The notes: a model not told the origin generated them from the letters alone. Shown: positions 30,199 through 45,057, counted from the first letter of the stretch. The stretch is DNA of 64,000 nucleotides from the human T2T-CHM13v2.0 reference genome, Homo sapiens (GCA_009914755.4 CP068257.2:29568001-29632000); one strand, 5' to 3'. Program-made: numbers and translations.

Positions 30199-30614
30199 TT
30201 TTTTAGACAGAATCTCACTCTGTTGCCCAGGCTGGAGTGCCTGGGCATGATCTCAGCTCACTGCCACCTCCGCCTCCTGGGTTCAAGTGGTTCTCCTGCC
30301 TCAGCCTCCCTAGTCCCTAGCTGGGACTACAGGCTACTAGGGAGCCACACACCCAGCTAGTTTTTTGTATTTTTAGTAGAGACAGGGTTTCACCATGTTG
30401 GCCAGTCTGGTCTTGAACTCCTGACCTCAAGTGATCCGCCAGCCTCAGCCTCCCAAAGTGCTGGGATTACAGGCGTACACCACCAAGCCCAGGTAATTTT
30501 TGTATTTTTAGTAGAGAGGGGTTTCACCGTGTTGGCCAGGGTGGTCCTAAACTCCCGACCTCAGATGATCACCCTGCCTCGGCCTCCCAAAGTGCTGGGA
30601 TTACAGGCATGACC
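30199..30614 (-). mobile_element. Alu with an extra monomer (a right / hybrid / left three-monomer structure, about 415 bp). One TSD pair, ccattc(g/a)ata, encloses the whole element.
   Basis: The stretch ctgggattacaggcgtacaccaccaagcccaggtaatttttgtatttttagtagaga is followed by a second left monomer gtttcaccgtgttggccagggtggtcc...ggattacaggcatgacc. The flanks are ccattcgataatt and accattcaatatt. Confidence 0.8.
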
Positions 30615-31289
30615 ATTCAATATTTTGAGCTCTTCTCATTCTAGGAATATGGGAGAATAGAACTTTCTGGCCCCCTCTGAAGCCAGGCATGGCCATGGCA
30701 CTTGGCTTTGGCCAGTAAAATGTGAGTAGAAGTGACATCACTGCTCAACAAAAGCCTGATTCGCCCCATTCTTGCCCCGTTGCCACGGTCACAGAAGCAC
30801 TGTGTCAAGATAGAGCTTCTGTCTGCCTGGATCCATAAGAGTCTAGGATGAGTACGGCTCTGGAGCCAGCCTCGATCATGCCAGGAAGGAGAAAGCATGT
30901 TAAGCCGCTGAGATTTAAGTGCTCCTTTCTTCAGCCTAATTCTATCCATCCTGACTGATCTACCAGCAAAGTAAGAATTCCACTGCAAAACAGGGGATGC
31001 CTCAAACATAACGGAGTCTGTGTAGTGCACTTGGAACCCCAAGAAAGACCATAATCTGATATGTTCTGTGGAACTGCAGCCTTTTGCTCTCCTTATTTAA
31101 TGAAAGTGGGTCTTCTTTCCCCTGTGAGGACCCCAGCCCAATTCAGCCAATAGCAACACAATCCATTCTGATGTCAGAGAGTTCACGTTTGTCTTCCACG
31201 TAAGAAGGAAAAACGAAGGAAGCTGACCAAAGTTAAACACCCTTTGAATGGTATATATTTAATTTCGGCAAAGCAGCTATCCTGGAACT

Positions 31290-31810
31290 TATAAAGAAAG
31301 ACAGTGGTTGCTAGGGGCCGGAGTGAAGGGGATATGGAATGTTGTTATGTAATGGGGACCGCATTTAAGCTTTGCATGATGAAAAAGAGTTATGGGCCAG
31401 GCGGAATGGTTCATGCCTGTAGTCCCAGCACTTTGGGAGGCCAAGGTGGGCGAATCACTTCAGGCCAGGAGTTCGAGACCAGCCTGAGCATGGTGAAACC
31501 CCGTCTCTACTAACAATACAAAAATTAGCTGGGCATGGTGGCACATGCCTGTAGTCCTAGCTACTCGGGAGGCTGAGGCACAAAATCGCTTGAACCCGGG
31601 AGGCGGAGGTTGTAGTGAGCTGAGATTATGCCACAGTACTCTACCCTGGGCAACAGAGAGAAACTCCATCTCACAAAAAAAAAAAGTTCTGGCGATGAAT
31701 AATGGTGATAGTTGCACAACAGGGTAAATGTACTTAACGTCACTCAACTGTCCACTTAAAAATGCCTAGATGGTAAATTTTATGTGTGGTGTACCTCAAT
31801 TTAAAAGAAA
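31290..31810 (+). mobile_element. L1M 3'-end fragment, split by the Alu at 31395-31685.
   Basis: ggggccggagtgaaggggatatggaatgttgttatgtaatggggaccgcatttaagctttgcatgatgaaaaagagttatg, then the Alu, then ggcgatgaataatggtgatagttgcacaacagggtaaatgtacttaacgtcactcaactgtccacttaaaaatgcctagatggtaaattttatgtgtggtgtacctcaatttaaaagaaaaaa. Confidence 0.7.
31395..31685 (+). mobile_element. Alu nested inside an L1M 3' end.
   Basis: gggccaggcggaatggttcatgcctgtagtccc...; L1M 3'-UTR-like sequence lies on both sides. Confidence 0.88.
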
Positions 31811-33086
31811 AAATAATTATAAAATAAAAAAAGCATAACAATCCCCAAAACCTAGAGAAGCATATATAGAAATGTGTGATGACAGCTGCATGAAACATTT
31901 AGCCATCAGCCCTTTTAACTATTAAGTATGCCTCAGCCCCCCAAACTTTTTAAAAACCTGTCAATGGCTGAAGGCAGTTCCATTAGAGAGAACTTTTGCT
32001 CCCACTGTCTTGTCTAAATAAAGCAACAGTCCCTACCATTCTCTATCATGAAGCCAAATCAATTTCTCAGAAGGACAATTCAATAAATGAGCTTTTCTGC
32101 AGTTTGTCCCTTTGCAGTGGCACACAGGGAGCTATGTGTCCACAAGAGGAGACGAACTCTCCACTGACTGCTTTCAAAAGCTAGTTGGGTGGAGAAAAAG
32201 TCTTGCAACATTTCATGACCATTTACTGGCTTAACACCTCAACTGCTCACAGTGGACTCCTGACCTGACACAATGTTGTTCCTCAAGGTCTCTCCAGGAT
32301 TTAAATTCTGACATGCTAGAAAAAGCCATCCGAAGCCACTAACCTTGCCTCCCCTTCTTGAACCGGGCAAGGTTAGTTAGGGACATCAGATTCATGATGG
32401 GTCCCTTCGTCAGAATTCAGAGGCCAAGAAGGCAGGAAGGAGAGACCACCCAATGGTGCCCTCTCAACTTGTTAACCACAAATCACCTTCCATTAAACAA
32501 ACAGCAGCAGACAGGTAAAGAGAGAGGGAATTCTGTGATTCTTCCTTTGCCTTCTGGAGATGCTATAAATACTGTATACAGTTCGGTGAAGGGAATAAGC
32601 AAAGTTCTTGCCAACAGACAAATATAATCAGCAAAAAAATGCATTTTGCATAACAGCCCCTTTGAGTGCAGAGATAAGATGAAGCTCAGGACTTCATTAT
32701 GTATTTAAATAGATCCAGCTTCAACTATCCAATGGCATGGAGGACACTTGGTGATTTCAGATAATCAATGGTTTACGTAAGTGGCAGGAAAAGGGAAATT
32801 CATTTTAAACACGAGAAATACTAGGGAATATATGCCAAATCTAGGAAACTAAAATTTGAGATAATTCAAGTTTATAGAAGCACAAGAATAATTGTAAAGT
32901 AGGTCAAACGCTTTCATTTTAAAAGAAAAAAAAAGAAAGTTACCATTTTTTAAGAGGCTAGATAGGAATAAAGCTCCAGTGTGAATTCTGAAAAGGCTTT
33001 TTTCTTGTTGATTCTATACTCATCATATTTTGTTTACATAAGACTTATTTAAGCTATTATTTTTAATATCTGTAAAGAGAACTTAA

Positions 33087-33373
<287 letters not shown>

Positions 33374-33974
33374 GACAACTTTAAATTTGAGGTTTCCCTC
33401 CCCCACTGAAAATGGTGATATAATGGATCCCTCTCACCCTCACCCACGCCGGGTTCATTCTTTGGAGAAGAAAGGAAGCTCTGGACTCCAGGAAGACAGA
33501 CACAAGGAAAACAGGGACCGTGCGCTGCAAAGAGGCGAACAGATGGCAGCCTGCCTGAGGAAGGGCAGTGGCAGGATTCATCTCTGGCAAAGCTCAGTCG
33601 CCTCCAAGAAAAGACTCACAAATAATCGTCAACCGGAGTCTCTCCACAAGGCCGCTTACTGTCTGTCCATGCTATGAAAGGTCCCAGTACTTCTAATGTG
33701 CACAGATGATATAAGCAGCTTTTTCATATCTCACATGTAAATATGACCAGTCAAGGATCACCAGACATTTGCTGAAAGCCCCCAGCATGAAAGGCAGAGA
33801 CTAAAGCACACAGGAGAAAATGTACTAGGAGAAAGGAGAAGCCATGCCTGAAACAGAGAAAGCTTCCCTAAAATCTACACAACCCTTGGAGATGCAAGGG
33901 AATCTAAAACTATAAACAAGTGAACAAAAAGTACAGGTTACAATAAAAAGGAACAATGAGATTGAAAAGAGAGC

Positions 33975-34075
33975 AGGAGAGGGGAAGGGAGGGAGGGAAG
34001 GAGGAAGGGAGAGAGGAGGTGGGGAAGGAAGGAAGGAAGGAAGGGAGGGAGGGAGGGATGAAGGGAAGGTGGGAG
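33975..34075 (+). repeat. (GGAA)n / GA-rich simple repeat.
   Basis: gggaagggagggagggaaggaggaagggagagaggaggtggggaaggaaggaaggaaggaagggagggagggaggg. Confidence 0.9.
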
Positions 34076-34162
34076 AGAAAGCTTCTTTTAGGAATTAAAA
34101 AAAAATAACCAAAATTAAAATGTCAATAGAAGGAAATCACTATGAAGGATCAGAACACCAGC

Positions 34163-34452
34163 AAGGTGCAGTGGCTTAAACCTGTAATCTCAGCACTTCG
34201 GGAGGCTGAGGCAGGTGGATCACTTGACCCCAGGAGTTCAAGACCAGCCTAGGCAACATGGCAAAACCCCGTCTCTACAAAAACCACAAAAATTAGCAAA
34301 GCATGGTGGTGTGCACCTGTCATCCCAGATATTCGAGAGGCTGAGGTGGGAGAACCACCTGAGCCTTGGGAGGCTGAGGCTGCAATCAGCCATGATTATA
34401 CCACTGCACTCCAGCCTGGGCGACAGAGTGAGACCCTGTCTCCAAAAAAAAG
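34163..34452 (+). mobile_element. Alu, 5'-truncated by about 5 nt. It shares a single 17-bp TSD with the U6 fragment that follows its poly(A).
   Basis: caaggtgcagtggcttaaacctgtaatctcagcacttcgggaggc...gagaccctgtctccaaaaaaaag; the TSD aaggatcagaacaccag is at 34146-34162 and 34493-34509. Confidence 0.88.
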
Positions 34453-34462
34453 AGAAGAAATT

Positions 34463-34492
34463 GTGCTTGCTTTGGCAGCATATATACTAAAA
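34463..34492 (+). pseudogene. U6 snRNA 5'-end fragment (nt 1-30 of U6, 27/30 identical). It lies 3' of the Alu poly(A), inside the same TSD pair.
   Basis: The window reads gtgcttgctttggcagcatatatactaaaa. The U6 start as I recall it is GTGCTCGCTTCGGCAGCACATATACTAAAA. The three differences are all C-to-T, two of them at CpG sites. Confidence 0.7.
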
Positions 34493-37400
34493 AAGGATCA
34501 GAACACCAGTGATAAGGAAATGATGCTAAAGAGAAAAAAAGAAAATAAAACACAAACATGCTAATCAGAAATGGGAACATAATCAGAAAATAATTAAACC
34601 AAGGGGAAATGATCTCCAAGCCAAAATTCCAAATTACTCAAATATTATGCAAGTAAAAGGTAGAATGAAGACATTTTTAAATGTGCATCATTTTATAAGA
34701 AGTTACTCCAGGTTATTTTCATGAAAACGAAGCAGCTGGTAATTCTACAGAGGCTGTTGTACATGAGGCCCGGAGAGCAGCCATATGGGAGCAGGACAAT
34801 GTGCCAGGGGAGGGCAGGCTTCAAAGGAAAACATCAATGATGAACAAGCTAACATGCTGGAGATTTAGAAAATATCACTGCCACATAACCAGGAAAATAA
34901 GCAATATGAGCCTTCCTCCCAAAAAAAGGGGGCAGTCATTAACTACAGAAAAAAAAATTAAGAAATTATTACAGAAAAGAAATAAGATCACAGTACACTA
35001 CTTGACTCAGCAGCCAATACTATTTATATGGTCATAACAATGTAATAACACTGATTAGTGCTTTAATCCTAAATGTTCATATACCTATATGGGAAGATGA
35101 GGAAAGAAGAATTTATAGCTAACACAGCTAAATGTTCATCTATCATAATAGAAAGTCAGTAGTATCTAAAATCCATTAGAAACAGCAGTATAAACATGTT
35201 AATGAGGGCAAATACAAGAAAACAAAAACATCAGCTAAAGTAGTTTTGTATCGTTGCTTCTAGGGAATAAGCCTCATGAGGCGAAGAGGGCAAAAGGAGG
35301 AAAATAATTTCACTTTAAGCCTTTTAATGTTAGCTGAATTCTTTTAAACTATGCTGATATTGATTTAATACAAATTTAAACTAATGTAAGAAAAGGAAGA
35401 ATACAGTTAGTAACATAATTTGCATGATACATAACAGTATAGAAATTGTATAGGAAGATCTAGCTCAACCACAATTATACCTCTGCAGTGTGGGGAAACC
35501 TCTGAGGCACCCACAAGAAGGCATAAAATCTAGCTGATTTCCAGCCTTGTATATTCATTTTGCACTTCAACATCCACATTCTCCATTAATAGTCTCCTAA
35601 GAGGTAGGCAAGTGGGGCCCCTGCCAGGGCTCTGCACCTCAGGAGGTCCCATAGTTTGGAGGGCTTTTCTTGAAATTTTCCAAGTCTCCCTCTGTCTCCT
35701 GGAAAGGGGAGGTTTCAGGAGGTTTCTCCCCTTCAGGGAGCTCTCTCACCCTGTACCAGCTATTCAGTGTCAAAAAGATGCCCGAAGCTCTTGAACTTGA
35801 GTCTGTGGCTAGTGAGTCGCACCCACCAGACCGTGTGGTATTTCTTTCACCAGATTGCTTGAGATTGGGCCACCAGAATGGTGCTGACAGTTGATCCGGA
35901 GTGAGCCAAATTCTTTATATAGATAAAGCCTCCATAAAAAAATATTTGCCTGGGGCTCCACATATCCTAGAGTTGGCCCTTCACAACTAATCCATGCCAA
36001 AATCAAAGGTAAATATTTCTACAGTGGCTGGCTAGGGGCAGGGATATAATCTACGGTGTGGGGAAAACAGGACTTAGCTACAGACTAAGTCAACACGGAA
36101 ACCAACAAAGAGAATGAAGACCTCGCACTCAGCTTGTCATATCAGTGGATAATGTGAAGTTAAGAGGAATATAAACACCAGGGAAGATCAAATAAGGATC
36201 CCAGAGGATTTCAACAGTTTATTAGAAGGATAAAAGCCACAAGGATAACATATCAAAGAGGTACATTTAAGTTCTGAGTTGGGTTTTTGAAAAAAAAATC
36301 TATTAAAATAAGATGGGGAAGGCCTTGTTGGGTAAGAATTGATGTTGAGGGTTTAAGATACCACGAGCTCAGTCTGAGTCAACAGTTTGATGTGGCTTTT
36401 AATAAAAGGAATTGACTCTAGAGGAAACAAGGACAACGGGAACCTCACTGCAGCCTGCATGGGGCAGACCACACAGAGGCTCACACAGGATGCTGAGCGC
36501 CTGGGCACGCTTACAAGTAAGAACAGGGAGAATGGCTTGGGAACCTTAGGCAGGGTTGCCCAAAGAGACGTGGCAGGAGGTAAATGAAAGCCGTTTTTAA
36601 GTATTTAAAAGGTGATGAGTAAGGATAAGCAGAAGACTTGCACAGGACTCTGTGGGTGAATATAGAAACAAAGAGAAATGGCAAGACTCACCAGAAAGAA
36701 CATATTATCTCAACATGATGAAGAACTTTCTAGGACTTAGGGCTGACTAACAAAACCGATGGTTGAAAGCTGGGAGATCTCCAGGAATGGGAGAGGCTGC
36801 CCAGTGGGCAGGCTCACCTGTTGGCCAGGGTCTTGCAGGGACCATACCTCCTTTGAGAGGGGCACTGGGTCAAGATGCCAAATCCCCATTAAAGTCTCTT
36901 CTACCACAAGTCCACTTGACACCTCCTTATGAAAGATGATTTACAGGTTTTTCCCTAACCTGGCTGCCCTTGTCCAGGGCATGTGGCCATGACCTTCCTC
37001 AAGTCTGACACACACAGCTAGACATGGCTTCCAAGGTAGTTCTCTTGAGCCTGACGAAACTCAAGACCTTAGCCTTTTCACAGTGAAGCCACACTTAATT
37101 TTTGTAAAGATGCTTATTTAAGAGGAGCCCATGGAACTAGTCTTTTTTTCTTTATTACTAAAATGGTAACTGTTAAGCATTTGCTATCTATCAGACACTT
37201 ACCATCATTATCACACTTAATCTTCAACTCAACTTAATGGCATATGAGTCTTTTAATATGCATACAATACCCTTGCACAAGTGACTTTCTAAATGATGAG
37301 AAAACTTTCTATGGGAAGAAAAGGCAATCAATTCCTAGAGATAACATTTTCTATACCCCTTTAGATATATAACTGCATATGATTTTCTACTCTATTGTCT

Positions 37401-38786
37401 TTCTTATTTGCCTGGTAGCTGTGTTCCCAAGGCATTTAACAGACAAATTAATAACTAATATTAGGATATGTTACCATAAAGGTGGGTGAGCTTTTTGGAA
37501 TTGTATGTGACATCCTAAGGTAATGAATGAATGAAGGCCCAATAGGAAATTGTACTTTGTAGGTGGTAGGTACTGTCTCTGGCTTCAAGTTGAAGGAAAG
37601 AACTTAAATTAAAATAGTGCAGACAGCATAGCACTTCTTCCATATACATGACTCCAACATTCCTGCTCATTCCCACTCTCCCCTGGCCTCACACATATAA
37701 ATTCCTTTTCTACTTTTGTTGGTAACATGAATCTCCTTTCCATGGGTGAATCTGTGGGTATTTGAGTAACAGTGTCAAATCAGCAGCACACAGGCTCTGG
37801 AAACTGTGTGCACTGAATTGAGCCCTGGGGCTGGAATAACCTACACATTACTTCCATAATCATGGCTGATTGCCTGTGCTTTAGCCTCACCCCTACACAA
37901 ACAGGTTTCATTCTGATTCGGCTGCTCCAGAGTTACATGGATTTATAATAAGCAGAAGGCAGAGAATGCCTTCATGGTATCCAAACAGCAGTAATTTCCT
38001 CCAAAAGCTTCCTTTTGTGCTCTATCCCTCATAAATGGCATAAAGCTTTCACCATAGCAAGAAGACACAAAGGTTTTCAAAACTAAGATCCTACGTTGTC
38101 ACATATAAAAAAGTTTACCTCATGTGATCTATTGGGTATTTACATTCTACTAGCAATTTTATGGCCATGAAGTTCCTTTCAAAAGGAATTCACATCAGAA
38201 ATGTGTAAGTTAAAAAGAAAACCTTCTGATTCCACTTGAGGGTTAAAAAAAATTTTTAAGGGAACCTTTCTGAAATCCATCTGAGAATCATCTAACCTGT
38301 GTAGTGAGGCAAGAATAACCAAAATCAGGTTTCACTTTAGAAATATTTCCAATGAGTAGCTTAATTGTAGGAATGAGAAAAAGCTAGTCACTTTTTACTG
38401 TAGCCACTGACTCTTGCCCACGTTCTTCTTAGGGTCAACAGTAATAGGACAAATAGTATACTCAGACAATAAAAGGCTTTGGAGAAACATAGGCTTGATT
38501 TGAGTTGAGTTTGGGTCCAATTACTAGCTTTTGTAAGCCTCGACTTCAACAAATGGGGTATACAACACACATCAATGGATTAAAATGTGGATACATAATC
38601 CAACTAACTACTGCTCTAAGAATTACATGTGACTCACATTAAGATGGTGGTATACAATAAGGGCTAAGTAAAACATAGCCACCGATCTCACAATAATGTT
38701 ACTGTTGCTGTCAGGTAGTTAGACATTTCCTCATTTGCAAGATTTCCAATTAACAAATAAAAACCATGTCAGATGCAGAAAAACAA

Positions 38787-39089
<303 letters not shown>

Positions 39090-40968
39090 AAAACAATTAT
39101 TTATAACATATATACAAGAAAATTTTCATGACATTATAGCATGTAGATTTAAAAAATAAGACACTCAAAGCATTACCCATTAAGGAAGGCTTAAGAAGTG
39201 AGAATGGGCTACAATTAAGTTTCACTGCAACAAATGACACCATTAAGAGAGTAAAAAGCAAGCCACAGAGTAGAAAAAGATACTTGCAATGAATATAATC
39301 AACAGCGATGATATACAAAATACACAAAGAGCTGCCATAAATCATTAACAAAGAAACTCTGATGGAAAAAAAATGGACAAGAGAGTAAAATAAGCACTTC
39401 ACAAAAGATGATATTGAAATGGTCATTAAGCGCATGAATATGTGCTCAATTTCATATTAATATCTTAAAAAGGATTTTAAAAAATCTCAGTATCAAGTTT
39501 GCAAAGATGAGGAATAACTAGAATTCTCCTAGGCTGCTAATGAGAGTATAAATTACATTAATCATTTTGAAAACTGTTTGGCATATCCTGAATATGTGCC
39601 TAACCCATGACCCTGCAATGCCACTCCTAGGTATATATGTTTGTCCAACAGAAATGTGGACAAACATAACCTGAGAACAGGTACAAGAGTGCTCACAACA
39701 ACATTGCTTGTGATCCTTAACACCTGGGAACAACTCAAATGTACCTATGGAATGGTTGCTATATGTCCCAGTTGGCCTGGGACTGTCCTCGCTTATACCT
39801 GGTATACTGGCATAACTGTTAATAGCGTCTACTCTCGAAAGTGTCCTGGTGAATGCCATCAACATCAATGGGGGTTGGGGTGGGGTAGGAGGGTTAAGAA
39901 CTTCCAAAGAGCCATTCCTTCACAAAAGCAACACGAACAGTGGTAAAAAATGGTCAAAATCAACTTTTTCACAATTCCAGAAATTAATCTAAGTTCTGCA
40001 ACAATCTAAGCTGCATTTATTAAAGACAAATGGCTGAACTTCAGTAAAAACAGCAAGTTTTGTGATATTTTAAATTGCTCTATTTCCATCTTTTTCTCCT
40101 CATCTATACAATCACATGAAAACCAGCTGTGTAGCACCACAGGAGGGAACAACCTTCCTCAAGTCTGACACATGGAACTAAACATGGCATTCCAAGGTAG
40201 ATCTCTACATCTTCCCCAAAACACCTTTCTCAGAGAACCATCACTAAGCGACCTGTCTAGCAGGTCCCAGAAAAACCTCTTCACGAGCTTGTTGCTATTT
40301 GACCTGACTCAGACCTCATTCATGCAAACACTCTTCACTCCAGGGGGTGCTTGTGAAAAACAATTAATGACAATTGTTTAGCACTACAGTCGCCTGAAGC
40401 AGTGATAACAGTCGAACAAATAAGAAGTTGACCAAGAAACTTGAGGAAAAGTTGGGGAATACGATTTCCACAAAAGGCTCTGAAAAGCTATGACACAGTC
40501 CTTGGAATCTGGAAGGTCACTGATACGGTTTGGCTGTGTCCCCACCTAATCTCATCTTCAATTGTAGTGCCCATAATTCCCACATGTCGTGGAAGGGACC
40601 CAGTGGTAGGTAATCAAATCATGGGTGCAGGTCTTTCCATGCTGTTCTCGTGATAGTAAGTCTCATGAAATCTGATGGTTTTATAAAGGGGAGTTCCCCT
40701 GCACATGCTCTCTCTTGTCTGCTGCCATGTAAGAAGACTTTGCTCCTCCTTTGCCTTCTGCCATGACGGTGAGGCCTCCCCAGCCATGTGGAACTGTGAG
40801 TCCATTAAACCTCTTTTCCTTATAAATTACCCAGTCTCGGGTATGTCTTTATTAGCGGCTAAGAGAGTCACAACACAGTCTTAGTGAATTGACTAATACA
40901 GTCACAAATATGTATAAGGCTGTCCACAAGCCCAGATAGTCCCAAGAAGTTCCTAAGCTCACCCTATG

Positions 40969-41741
40969 ACTGACCCTACAGCTCGGTGAAAGCAGAGATG
41001 AAGGCTAAGGCAGAGATGAAGCTAGTTGCCTGAGTGTTGATCATGTGCTTGAACTTGCAAACTTCTGTTCTTAGGAAAGACTAGGAAACTTATTGCTTCT
41101 GTACTTTTAAGGAAATCTCTCTCTAATAATTAGCTGACTACTAAACTAGCTGAGCAGAGACTTCAGTGGGCACACATAACAAAGCCTAAATATTTCACAG
41201 ATTTTAAGAAAGTCACTAAACAAAGAAGCACTATCACCACCGATAATCAACAACAATAGCAAATCCTGGAGGATGGGAGGTGGATCTGCTTTCAGAGTTG
41301 CCACATTTATATTATTTTAAATGTACAATTTAAACCAAAAAAGTATGAGACATGCAAATAAACAACAAACAACAATAAAGTATGGGCCAGGAATGGTGAT
41401 TCATGCCTATCATCCCAGTGGGTTGGGAGACCAAAATGGGAAGACTGCTTGAAGCCAAGAGTTTGAGACCAGCCTGGGCAACATAGCAAGATTCTGTCTT
41501 TAAAAAATATTTTTAAAAAATCAGCCAGGTGTGGTGGTGTACACCTGTAGTCCCAGCTACTTGAGAGGCTAAGGTGGGAAGATTGCTTGAGTCCAGGAGT
41601 TCAAGGTTACAGTGAGCTATGATTGCACCACTGTACTCCAGCCTGGGTAATAGAGCAAGACCCTATCTCTAAAACAATTAAATAAAGTATGGCCCATATA
41701 TAGAAAAAGAAGTAGTCAATAGAAACTGTCTCAGAAAAGTC
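40969..41741 (+). repeat. Source copy of a locally duplicated segment; its partner is at 42149..42469. This copy contains an intact Alu (41386-41682) with its own TSD.
   Basis: About 200 bp (40972-41172) is roughly 95% identical to 42149-42349. Further blocks (41340-41378, 41417-41448, 41712-41741) reappear in the same order in 42350-42469. Confidence 0.75.
41386..41682 (+). mobile_element. Alu. TSD ataaagtatgg.
   Basis: gccaggaatggtgattcatgcctatcatcccagtgggttgggagacc...; the TSD is at 41375-41385 and 41683-41693. Confidence 0.88.
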
Positions 41742-41897
41742 CCATGTTGAGTGTACTAGACAAAGATTTCAAGCAACTATTTTGAACGTATTCAAAGAAC
41801 TAAAATAAACCATGTCTAAAGAAATAAAGTATGAGGCTAATATCACATTAAATAGAGAATATCAATAAGGAAATATAACTTTTGTTTGAAAGAACCA

Positions 41898-42945
<1,048 letters not shown>

Positions 42946-44103
42946 AGAAGAGCTCAACAGCAGATTTGAGTTGGAAGAAAAAAGAATCAGTGAACTTATG
43001 ACAGATCAAGTGAGATTAAGGAATAGAATGAAAAAAAAATGAACAGAGTCTCAGAGGCTTATGGGACTTCATCAAGCATACTAATGTAAACACAACAGGA
43101 GTCACCAAAGGAGTGGAGCAAGATAAATGAGCAGGAAGACTATTTGAAGAAATAATAGCTAAAAACTTTCCAAATGTGATTTAAATACACAAACACATGC
43201 ACACAAATCTACAGATCCAAAAGACACTACCCCATAAATATATACACATTGTATTTTGTGGCTACTAGTACCCACAACAATTTTTAAAATTTAAAAATAT
43301 TAAAAGATACATATCTGAAAGACAATAAATTCCAGGTAAAGTAAACTCAAAGAGAATGATACCTAGACACATAATACTCAAACTGTTTAACGACAAAGTC
43401 ACGATCTTCAAATCAGCAAGGGAGCCTCATAGGATAAACAGCTGATTTTTCATCAAACACCATGAAGGCCAGAAAGCAGTGGGATTTTCAAAGCACTGAA
43501 ATAAGATGGTCAATTAAGAATTCTATATCCAGCAAAACTATCCTTCAAAAATGAAAGGGAAATTAAGTCATTCCCAGATAAATAAAAGTGTCCTGGCTTG
43601 GATGATAAAAGACATACTCAATTCAACTAGTAGGCTGCATTTGTGAGTGGGGTGGGGTTGGGGAAGGTGGCTTAGGTGCCTGAAACTTCTATTTCTTGTC
43701 CTGGTTGGTGGTTGCATAATTACTTTATGATAGCTCACTGAGCAGTACACTTATGTTGTGTGCACTCTTCTTTCTGTGTTTTACATCACAGATTTTTAAA
43801 AAAGAAAACACAGATGCTTTGTCTTTATATAATCAAAATTAGCACTTTATATTTCTTACTTTAATTGTCCAAATAGAAACAGCTTCTGAAGCCAAAGCCA
43901 GAAACTTGGTGAAATAAATGATTTCTTTCCTCTATACCTTTGTTCTAGCCCCCTCCTTGCATGTTATATTCTTACGGTCCTTGTCACGCCATTTATACCT
44001 GCTCTTCCTTTAATAGTCATTGGTAGGCTTTACCACATTATAAAGATTTGCTATGTCTGTCCCCTCCGTTATATGTGAACACTTTTAAGAAGACGAACTG
44101 TCA

Positions 44104-44392
44104 GCTGGGCGCAGTGGCTTACACCTGTAATCCCAGCACTTTGGTAGGCCGAGGTGGGTGGATGACCTGAGATCAGGAGTTCGAGACCAGCCTGACCAAT
44201 ATGGTGAAACCCCGTATCTACTGAAAATACAAAAATTAGCCAGGCGTGGCAGCAGGTGCCTATAGTCCCAGCTACTCAAGAGGCTGAGACAGGAGAATTG
44301 CTTGAACCTGGGAGGCAGAGATTGCAGGGAGCTGAGATCGTGCCACTGCACTTCCAGCATGGGTGACAAAGCAAGGCTTCATCTCAAAAAAA
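44104..44392 (+). mobile_element. Alu. TSD ga(c/g)gaactgtca.
   Basis: gctgggcgcagtggcttacacctgtaatccc...; the TSD is at 44092-44103 and 44395-44406. Confidence 0.9.
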
Positions 44393-45032
44393 GAGAGGAA
44401 CTGTCAAAATCTTCTTAGTATTCTCAATAGCACTATGCAGAGCACATAGGAAGCACAGAATAAAGGTTTGAGAAAATAATTCTTCAATGGAATCAATAAA
44501 GAAAGCCTTCCTACATAACAACACAAAAAAGTTCTTGCAGAGTATATTACAACTATTCCAAACTCAAAAGATTCCCTATCAGAAAAATGTTAATCCTGAA
44601 GCAGTTAGCAGAGAAGTATTTTTTTTAAAAAATGTTGAAATTCAAGGATGCTGAGTAGAAAGTTCTGATCAGATGAGGAAGAGAAACTGTTTAGGTGATG
44701 CCAGTCATTTCTGAGATGTCATTATTTTACTTTATGATTAATATGAGAAAGGAACATATTATAAATAAAACTTTTTGACAGCTCAAATCATGTCTAAAAG
44801 AAGAAATTCACGATCCCTTTCTTAAATGCAACAGAAATGGTACTGAGACCACACAAAGATATCCTTCAACTCATGACAAACAGAGCAAGTTTCTCACATC
44901 CAACTCATAGCCCTCCTTAGCCTTCACTTGGAAAACTTCTGAATGTACCTACTCCTGGAATTTAATATAGATGTTTATTTTGTCATTCACTGTTTTTGTT
45001 TTTATAATGAGCAACAGATTAATCTCACCACT

Positions 45033-45057
45033 AAAAAAAAAAAAAAAAAAAAAAAAA
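45033..45057 (+). repeat. Isolated pure poly(A)25 tract with no adjacent SINE body.
   Basis: ctcaccactaaaaaaaaaaaaaaaaaaaaaaaaagcagtgg. Confidence 0.9.

Noticed and set aside
34451-34462. The 11-nt agagaagaaatt between the Alu tail and the U6 fragment resembles U6 nt ~43-54 (agagaagattag).
   Set aside because: It is too short and too degenerate to call. It could be coincidental A/G-rich tail sequence. It is left as a note only.
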